A DNA stretch of 64,000 nucleotides from Cyanobacteriota bacterium (GTDB taxonomy: Bacteria; Cyanobacteriota; Cyanobacteriia; JARCMD01). The stretch spans positions 6,696 to 70,695 of the forward strand of contig JBBQKH010000004.1 of NCBI GenBank assembly GCA_038326735.1, in the 5' to 3' direction. Below, one piece after another: positions 57,170 to 64,000 of this stretch. Below the pieces are notes generated by a model. It saw only the letters and a program-made list of their open reading frames with translations. It was not told where the DNA came from and searched no databases. How positions within the stretch are numbered: the stretch's first letter is position 1; every line of letters begins with the position of its first letter. The position numbers and the translations under genes were made by a program.

Positions 57170-57754
57170 TCAGGGGTGAGTTGTGCCATCGGAAAGCGTA
57201 GCGCCCTGCAAATCCGTATTGCTCATGTTCGCCTTCCAGAGATTAGCGCCACTCAGGTTGGCTCGACACAGCCTCGCTCCATTCAAGTCTGCCGTAATCA
57301 TATTGGCGCTGCTCAGGTCGGTTCCACTGAGATTAGCTTGGTTCAGATTGGCTCCGACTAAATCGGCTGAACTCAAATCCGCCTCAGTGAGGTTTGCTTG
57401 GCTCAGATTTGCCCCATTGAGATTGGCCTTCCAAAGCTTTGCCGTGGTGAGGTCAGCCGTACTCAAATTCGCTCTGCCCAATTCAGCCGCGATCAAATTG
57501 GCATTTTTCAAATCGGCTCCTGTCAAATTTGCTTCAATGAGGATTAGGGCGGTTAGATTTGCCTGGGTCAAATTGGCCTGGCCTAAATTGGCTTTCCTCA
57601 GGGTTGCTCGGCTCAGGTTGACCTGAGTCAAGTTGGCTCCACTTAAGTTAATTTCACTCAAGTCAGCTTTATATAGATCTGCTTTGCTCAGGTCTACCCC
57701 GCTAAAATCTCTTTCTCCTGCTGCGTATCGCCTCAGAAGCTCCTCATTATCCAT
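57170..57754 (-). CDS. Pentapeptide-repeat protein
   Basis: Continuous A(N/D)L(S/T)x pentads over about 170 aa. Confidence 0.92.
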   Translation of the reverse strand: MDNEELLRRYAAGERDFSGVDLSKADLYKADLSEINLSGANLTQVNLSRATLRKANLGQANLTQANLTALILIEANLTGADLKNANLIAAELGRANLSTADLTTAKLWKANLNGANLSQANLTEADLSSADLVGANLNQANLSGTDLSSANMITADLNGARLCRANLSGANLWKANMSNTDLQGATLSDGTTHP

Positions 57755-58131
57755 GCGGTCTATCTCTCAACGTTTGACAGTTCTTGAGTTTCTTTGTTTT
57801 TGAGTTTCTGTGATCTTGGCTAGCTTTGCAAACTTCAACGCTATTTTCAGCAATCCCAATACTCTGGTTCAGAATGGATAGAAGAGGGATCTTTCTTCTG
57901 GAGCAGGTGAGTCTGCCATGTTGTTATTAGGCTTGCCTCCATAGCGATCCTATCTGGGTTGTGAACAGGGATACCACGGAATCCCTGCTCACAGAGCTGC
58001 TCATTCTCACAAATGATTCTGGATTGCTATGTTGGGGAGAAATTATCCGGCATGGATCATGGCTGCTCCAAAGTGGTTAGCATGGTTGCTCTTAGACCCT
58101 GATGTTCTACTCTTTAGCCTAGATTATTAAG

Positions 58132-59187
58132 ATGACACCTTACCACGCTTCACCCAAGTTTATGGCTCGGAAAGAACCCTGGTTAGCAGTCAATTTATCT
58201 GTACTTTTCTCAGGGATAGGGCACGTTTATGCGGGGCAACGGTCGGTAGGACTGGCGTTTGGAGTGAGTCAGGTGTTGGCGATCGGCTTTGTGGTCTGGT
58301 CAATTTTTGGGGCAGATGGCAACACGGTCATTGGTTTAGCCCTGATTCTTCCCACTCTGTTTATTTACGTCACGAACTTATTTGAGTCCTACCGCAGCAT
58401 TAGTGGCATCAGCATTCTCGAAGCCCAAGGCTCATTGAACCAACGGAAGGATGTGTGGTTTGCCATTTTTCTGTCGCAACTCCTGCCAGGGCTGGGACAC
58501 TTGCATCTAGACAGAGCGTTGGTCGGGGCCTGGTTGATGGGGGGCACTCTGCTGGCGATCGGTTTGGCGAGCAAATTTCCCCTGTTCTGGATGGTGCCGC
58601 CGATTCTGTGTGCCGTTGCCTGCTACCACCTCTATGTCAGTTTTGCCAGCCGCCGCCTCGATCGCCAAATTATGACCGTATTTCTCGTGGCGCTCCTTGT
58701 TCTAAGGTTGGGAGTTGCTTACTTACCGCTCTGGACATTGCAGCATATCGGACAGTTCAAAATTCCCAGTGAGTCGATGGTGCCAACGTTGCAGGTGGGC
58801 GATCGGATCTTTGTGGCAAAAGTCTCAAATCCGATGCCACAACGGGGTAACCTGATCGTCTTCCATCCTGTCAAAGGAGAAAACGCCGCAGACTCCACCA
58901 TCCAAAGGTTTTTTGTCAAGCGAGTCATTGGCGAACCAGGACAGCAAATCCAAATTCGAGGCGGCAAGGTATATGTAAACGGACAGCCCCTTTTGGAAAC
59001 GTACATTGCAGAGGCACCGAACTATCAGTGGGGGCCAGAAATCGTGCCACCCGACTCTTACTTCGTGATGGGAGACAATCGTAACGACAGCTTTGACTCC
59101 CACGTTTGGGGCTTTTTACCTCAAGAAGATATTGTGGGGAGAGCTTACAAAATCTACTGGCCACCGAGGCGGATTCAGCCTCTTTGA
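58132..59187 (+). CDS. lepB: Signal peptidase I with a ~200-aa polytopic N-terminal extension
   Basis: S26 motifs are SESMVPTL, GDRIFV, KRVIGEPG and GDNRNDSFDSH. The N-terminal half carries a duplicated G(I/L)GH(V/L) membrane motif. Confidence 0.85.
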   Translation: MTPYHASPKFMARKEPWLAVNLSVLFSGIGHVYAGQRSVGLAFGVSQVLAIGFVVWSIFGADGNTVIGLALILPTLFIYVTNLFESYRSISGISILEAQGSLNQRKDVWFAIFLSQLLPGLGHLHLDRALVGAWLMGGTLLAIGLASKFPLFWMVPPILCAVACYHLYVSFASRRLDRQIMTVFLVALLVLRLGVAYLPLWTLQHIGQFKIPSESMVPTLQVGDRIFVAKVSNPMPQRGNLIVFHPVKGENAADSTIQRFFVKRVIGEPGQQIQIRGGKVYVNGQPLLETYIAEAPNYQWGPEIVPPDSYFVMGDNRNDSFDSHVWGFLPQEDIVGRAYKIYWPPRRIQPL

Positions 59188-59220
59188 GCTTGTCATTCCC
59201 AACATCTTTTAAACAGCTTA

Positions 59221-59384
59221 GAGGGTGTCTGAAAAATGCTATAGACCTTGCACTTGCCCCCTTTTCATGGATGCCTGAAAGGCTTTAAGGCCCCAATTCT
59301 GGGGGACTTCGATCTCAGAACCCCCCAGAATTGGGGGGCAGGGGGGCGGTTCGGGCGACAATTCGGGACTTTTCAGACAGTCTC
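59221..59384. mobile_element. Family C MITE, copy C3, flanked by TTA direct repeats
   Basis: TIRs are gagggtgtctgaaaa / ttttcagacagtctc. TTA occurs at 59218-59220 and 59385-59387. Confidence 0.8.
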
Positions 59385-59402
59385 TTACACAACGAAGCTG
59401 CT

Positions 59403-59509
59403 GAAGTTTGACTTTGTTCTCAACAGTCCCTATTTATTGATAATGAGTAACAAAGGTCTGGGGTTTAGAATTTACATTTTTGAGAAGTCGAAGATTTCTC
59501 AAAAATGTT
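59403..59509 (+). repeat. Family F repeat, copy F2
   Basis: See 56941-57046. Confidence 0.65.
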
Positions 59510-59680
59510 GGTAATGACAAGATCCTTGAGGGTACGGGCGTGGAGTTTGGGGATTGAACGTGACTAATCGCAACGCAGCATTATTCAGCAAACAGTTCAG
59601 CTAGGGTGTCGAGAACAGCTTTTTGCTCGCTCAAATTAAAATAATTCTAGAACCTGTAGCCACACTGTACACACATTGGC

Positions 59681-59769
59681 TAGTAGACGGGTAGTTGAAA
59701 ACTGGGAGGTTAGTTGGAGTTAAATTTTGAGGGTCTTCGACCCTCAAAATTTTCTTGACAGACTACTAG
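59681..59769. mobile_element. Family E hairpin element, copy E2
   Basis: Ends are ctagtagac / gactactag. Hairpin is aaattttgagggtc-ttc-gaccctcaaaattt, followed by TTCTTGACA. Confidence 0.7.
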
Positions 59770-59827
59770 GGCAGTCTTAGATCAGTCATGATGAATCACA
59801 AACGATCCATGACTAGTACCTAAATTC

Positions 59828-60454
59828 ATGATTGGCTACCTCAAAGGTTATGTGACAGGCATTCAAAAGACTGGTGCGAATCGGGTTGTGTTGATTTTAG
59901 AAGTAAATCAGGTGGGGTATGAGCTGCAAGTGTTGCCCAGCTTGAGACAGCAACTGCCCGCGCCCAGTGAAGTCGTGCAGATCTTCACCCATGTGCAGGT
60001 GCGAGAAGACAATGTGGCGCTGTTTGGGTTTGGCTCGGCAGCGGAGCGGGATTTGTTTCGGCAACTCGTGGCAGTGAGCGGCATTGGGGCCCAGTTGGCC
60101 ATTGCGCTCCTGGATACCTTGGGGTTGCAGGATTTGGTGCAGGCGATCGTCTCTGGGAACACGCGCCTCCTGACCAAAACCCCCGGTGTGGGCACCAAAA
60201 CTGCTGAACGGATTGCCCTGGAACTGAAAACTAAGCTGGCAGAATGGCGGCAGCAATCGGGGCTGCTGACCTTGCCCATGGCGGGGCCCACGGTTTCGGT
60301 GTTGGAGGATGTGGAAATGACCTTATTGGCCTTGGGGTATACCAACAGCGAAATTACGCAAGCCCTCCAAGCGGTGGGACAAAATACAGCCCTCGCTAAA
60401 AATGCCGATGTTGATGCGTGGATTCGGCAAGCGATCGGCTGGTTGAGTCAGTAA
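59828..60454 (+). CDS. ruvA: Holliday junction branch-migration protein RuvA
   Basis: MIGYLKG..V, HhH motifs (VSGIGAQLA, TPGVGTKTAERI) and a C-terminal domain III. Confidence 0.92.
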   Translation: MIGYLKGYVTGIQKTGANRVVLILEVNQVGYELQVLPSLRQQLPAPSEVVQIFTHVQVREDNVALFGFGSAAERDLFRQLVAVSGIGAQLAIALLDTLGLQDLVQAIVSGNTRLLTKTPGVGTKTAERIALELKTKLAEWRQQSGLLTLPMAGPTVSVLEDVEMTLLALGYTNSEITQALQAVGQNTALAKNADVDAWIRQAIGWLSQ

Positions 60455-60751
60455 TGCCAACGGGATATCAGTTCCCTCCAAATTCCTCCAGCGTTGTATG
60501 AAGCAGCATAATTTAAATATGAAAGAAGGAAAGTGAGGATAAACTGAAACTACAATCAATCTATCCGTCCATGTCCCTCGTAGAATAAGAATTGACTTTA
60601 TCAGACCCTATCAATTGTGAAGATGTCTAAAACGTTTAACTAATAAGGGCTGTAGCTTCCTGAATCGGGCTGATTTCTAGTACTGAAGCAGCCATCAGGA
60701 TACTATGATTGAGTATTGTTGGCGCTATGCTCCCCCACCGGAACCTCATCC

Positions 60752-63562
60752 ATGACTGCAAAATCTTTGCCGGAACTGAAAACAGCTTGGCACACACTAG
60801 AAGTTGACGAGAGTTTAACGGCGCTGCACAGCACCAGGACGGGTTTAACGGCTCAGCAGGTGATAGAACGGCAGGCACAGTACGGAGAAAATGTACTGGT
60901 TGAAACTCCGGGTCGCAGCACTTGGTCAATTTTGGTAGACCAGTTCACCAATATCATGCTGTTGATGCTGATTGCAGTTGCCGTGGTTTCTGGGGTTTTA
61001 GACCTGCGGCGGGGAAGTTTTCCCAAGGACGCGATCGCCATCTTTAGCATCGTGATTTTGAATGGCGTGTTGGGCTATCTCCAGGAAAGCCGGGCCGAAA
61101 AAGCCCTCTCTGCCCTCAAACGCATGTCCTCCCCGAAAGTTCGAGTTATTCGCCAGGGGAAAACTATGGAGGTGGCTTCCAAGGAATTGGTGCCTGGGGA
61201 TGTGATGCTGCTGGAAGCGGGGGTGCAAGTTGCAGCAGATGGGCGCTTGATTGACGTGGCCAGTTTGCAAGTGCGGGAAGCGGCGCTGACGGGCGAGGCC
61301 CAGGCGTTGATGAAGCAAGCTGAGCTTAAACTGCCCGGAGACACGCCCTTGGGCGATCGGTTGAATCTAGTGTTTCAAGGCACTGAAGTAGCTCAGGGAC
61401 GAGCCACAGTGGTTGTTACTAACACGGGAATGCAGACAGAATTGGGCAAGGTGGCCACGCTGCTGCAATCGGTGGAAACTGAGCCTACGCCCCTGCAACA
61501 ACGCATGACTCAGTTGGGCAACGCCCTGGTTGGGGGTTCCCTCAGTTTGGTGGCGATCGTCGTCATTGGGGGCTTGATTCGGGCAGGCAGTTTCAAGCCC
61601 GTGGAAGAATTACTTACGGTTTCCCTGAGTATGGCGGTGGCGGTTGTGCCAGAAGGGTTGCCAGCAGTGATTACGGTCGCTTTGGCTCTGGGGACTCAAC
61701 GCATGGTGCGCCGCCATGCCCTGATTCGCAAACTGCCTGCCGTGGAAACCCTCGGCTCGGTCACGGTTATTTGTTCTGACAAAACAGGAACCCTGACCCA
61801 AAACAAAATGGTCGTGCAGCGGGTTCATACCCAAAACTTTGCGGTGCGAGTGACGGGTGAAGGCTACATCCCCAACGGTGAATTTTTAGACACAACACTA
61901 GACCGAGGCAATCCTGCGGATAAAGCGCCGCTACAGGGTGATCTCCATGAACAGCCGGAGCTGCAAGCGCTGCTACTTGCCTGTGTTTTATGTAACGATG
62001 CGGTGCTGCAATCTGAGGCAGGCGACTGGCGGATTCTGGGCGATCCCACCGAGGGTGCGTTGCTGGCGCTGGCAGGCAAGGCGGCGATCGAACAAGACCA
62101 ATGGTCGCACCGCTTGCCCCGCTTGGTGGAGTTTCCATTCTCGTCGGAACGCAAGCGCATGAGTGTCATTGTGCGAAATGAAGCAGAGGGCATTCTCTAT
62201 CCCGCCGCTTTTTTGATGTTTACGAAGGGGTCCCCCGAACTGATTTTAGAGCGCTGTACGCAGGTTCAATCGGGTAAGGCGACCGTGGCGATCGATAACG
62301 CTCAACGGGCGCAAATTTTGGCCCAAAACAATCACATGGCAAGTAAGGGCTTACGGGTGCTGGGCTTTGCCTGTAGACCCTTGGACGATCGCCCCGCCGC
62401 CACCGCCGACCAGGTGACAGAACAAAATTTAATTTGGTTGGGGTTGGTGGGAATGCTGGATGCCCCCCGCCCCGAAGTCCGAGACGCAGTGAAAAATTGC
62501 CTGACCGCTGGCATCCGCCCCATGATGATCACCGGGGATCACCAACTGACGGCGCAAGCGGTGGCCTGCGATCTGGGTATTGCTCAGGCAGGCGATCGGG
62601 TCCTCACGGGGCGAGAACTGGAAACCCTGAGTCCGGTGGAACTGGAAGCAGAGGTGAAGCAGGTCAATGTCTATGCCAGGGTCACCCCAGAACACAAGTT
62701 GCGGATTGTGCAAGCGTTGCAGCGCCAAGGCAACGTCGTCGCCATGACGGGGGATGGAGTCAACGATGCCCCCGCCCTAAAGCAGGCAGATATCGGGATC
62801 GCGATGGGGATCACAGGCACCGATGTCAGCAAAGAAGCCAGTGATATGGTGTTGCTGGATGACAACTTTGCCACGATCGTCGCAGCGGCTGAGGAAGGGC
62901 GAGTCGTTTACACCAATATTCGTCGGTTCATCAAGTACATCCTGGGATCAAACATTGGTGAGGTTTTGGTCATTGCGTCTTCCCCGATTCTGCTGCCCAT
63001 GGGTGGCGTTCCCCTCACCCCGCTGCAAATTTTGTGGATGAACTTGGTCACCGACGGACTCCCCGCCCTCGCCTTGGCTGTGGAACCCGCAGAACCAAAT
63101 GTGATGCAGCGTCCTCCCCATGATCCCAATGAAAGTATTTTCTCGCGGGGCTTGGGATCGTACATGATTCGGACGGGGATCATTTTTGCCGTAATTACGA
63201 TCGTCCTCATGCTGTGGGCCTACAACTATAGTCAAGGACTAGAGGGAGATGGCGCTAAAGACAAATGGAAAACGATGGTCTTTACCACCCTTTGTCTGGC
63301 TCAGATGGGACACGCGATGGCAATTCGATCGAACACTCGTCTCACGATCGAACTCAATCTATTTTCCAATCCCTTCATTCTGTGTGCTGTGGTTCTCACC
63401 ACTGTCTTACAACTGATGCTGATCTACGTTGAACCCCTGCGTAAGTTTTTTGGCACTCAGTCCCTCAACCTCACCGAACTGGGGATCTGTGTTGGGTTTA
63501 GCCTGTTGATGTTTGTCTGGGTCGAGCTAGAAAAACTCTTTATCCGTTGGTATAAACGTTGA
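60752..63562 (+). CDS. P2-type cation-transporting ATPase (PacL/Ca2+-ATPase-like)
   Basis: Contains [21 protein letters not shown] and [13 protein letters not shown] prefer the ATG at 60752. Confidence 0.9.
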   Translation: MTAKSLPELKTAWHTLEVDESLTALHSTRTGLTAQQVIERQAQYGENVLVETPGRSTWSILVDQFTNIMLLMLIAVAVVSGVLDLRRGSFPKDAIAIFSIVILNGVLGYLQESRAEKALSALKRMSSPKVRVIRQGKTMEVASKELVPGDVMLLEAGVQVAADGRLIDVASLQVREAALTGEAQALMKQAELKLPGDTPLGDRLNLVFQGTEVAQGRATVVVTNTGMQTELGKVATLLQSVETEPTPLQQRMTQLGNALVGGSLSLVAIVVIGGLIRAGSFKPVEELLTVSLSMAVAVVPEGLPAVITVALALGTQRMVRRHALIRKLPAVETLGSVTVICSDKTGTLTQNKMVVQRVHTQNFAVRVTGEGYIPNGEFLDTTLDRGNPADKAPLQGDLHEQPELQALLLACVLCNDAVLQSEAGDWRILGDPTEGALLALAGKAAIEQDQWSHRLPRLVEFPFSSERKRMSVIVRNEAEGILYPAAFLMFTKGSPELILERCTQVQSGKATVAIDNAQRAQILAQNNHMASKGLRVLGFACRPLDDRPAATADQVTEQNLIWLGLVGMLDAPRPEVRDAVKNCLTAGIRPMMITGDHQLTAQAVACDLGIAQAGDRVLTGRELETLSPVELEAEVKQVNVYARVTPEHKLRIVQALQRQGNVVAMTGDGVNDAPALKQADIGIAMGITGTDVSKEASDMVLLDDNFATIVAAAEEGRVVYTNIRRFIKYILGSNIGEVLVIASSPILLPMGGVPLTPLQILWMNLVTDGLPALALAVEPAEPNVMQRPPHDPNESIFSRGLGSYMIRTGIIFAVITIVLMLWAYNYSQGLEGDGAKDKWKTMVFTTLCLAQMGHAMAIRSNTRLTIELNLFSNPFILCAVVLTTVLQLMLIYVEPLRKFFGTQSLNLTELGICVGFSLLMFVWVELEKLFIRWYKR

Positions 63563-63617
63563 AGTTAGAATCGTGAATTAAGTAATTGACGGAAGGGATC
63601 GGTCTACAGCCTAGCCT

Positions 63618-63708
63618 TTTTCCCTCATCCCCTACCCCCTTCTCCCTGGGGAGAAGGGGAACCGGAATCTTTCTCCCTCTCCCCAGGGAGAGGGTTGGGG
63701 TGAGGGCA
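63618..63708. repeat. Family A repeat, copy A9 (core only)
   Basis: ccctcatcccc..cccttctccctggggagaagggg..ctccccagggagagggttggggtgaggg. Confidence 0.75.
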
Positions 63709-63761
63709 AATCTGAATCTTAATTAATCCAACGTGATCCTTAATGTCAATTAATCACCCGT

Positions 63762-64000
63762 GTGTACCTTAAGTCCCTTCACCTACGGCAGTTTCGCAAC
63801 TACATTGACCAGCGGGTAGAATTCCTAGCTCCCAAGACGATTCTGGTGGGGAATAATGCCCAGGGCAAATCAAATCTTTTAGAAGCGGTGGAACTACTGT
63901 CCACCCTGAAATCCCACCGGGCTGGGCGCGATCGGGACTTAGTGCGAGACGGAGAACCCGTCGGACAAATCCTGGCGACGCTGGAGCGCGACATCGGCTC
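63762..64000 (+). CDS. recF: DNA replication and repair protein RecF (5' part, runs off the right edge)
   Basis: GTG start. My translation is [34 protein letters not shown]. It is not in the ORF track because there is no stop in the window. Confidence 0.85.
   Translation, partial: MYLKSLHLRQFRNYIDQRVEFLAPKTILVGNNAQGKSNLLEAVELLSTLKSHRAGRDRDLVRDGEPVGQILATLERDIG

Noticed and set aside
57183-57626. 147-aa plus ORF opposite the pentapeptide-repeat gene
   Set aside because: The repetitive pentad codons keep the antisense frame open. The sense frame has the unmistakable A(N/D)LSx pattern.
63800-63994. 64-aa minus ORF
   Set aside because: It is antisense to the clear RecF N-terminus ([13 protein letters not shown]).
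1-64000. Apparent clustering of DNA-repair genes (xseA, recA, SbcC-like, RusA-like, ruvA, recF) as one system
   Set aside because: They are separated by many unrelated housekeeping genes on both strands and show no operon structure. This is most likely coincidence in a 64-kb sample.

Overview
This window is a chromosomal segment of a cyanobacterium. The assignment rests on abundant HIP1 GCGATCGC palindromes plus cruF/cruG-like, pilMNOQ, pentapeptide-repeat, GH57 and COG0523 genes. I count about 55 protein-coding genes, mostly housekeeping. DNA repair genes: xseA (partial), recA, ruvA, recF (partial). Translation genes: cysS, gatB, rqcH, an mnmC-like gene. Cofactor genes: queC, cobO, cobD. Other housekeeping genes: argC, tldD/pmbA, lepB, HU and a P-type ATPase. 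There is also a type IV pilus pilMNOQ operon, a polysaccharide export/glycosyltransferase cluster and two tandem SPFH genes. I found no rRNA, tRNA, CRISPR array, transposase or integrase gene. Intergenic spaces hold at least five families of MITE-like palindromic repeats. One family has clear 3-bp TTA/TAA target-site duplications and has split a small ORF. The two best candidates for an undescribed system are both minus-strand gene pairs. (1) 22648-23720: a low-GC, translationally coupled pair encoding a RusA-family resolvase and a PD-(D/E)XK + HEPN fusion protein, wedged antiparallel between pmbA and argC. (2) 5262-8652: a hook-less SbcC/Rad50-like ABC ATPase paired with a small PD-(D/E)XK (HsdR-N-like) protein instead of SbcD, with MITEs on both sides. 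All functional calls come from motif recognition by eye. No database search or folding was run.
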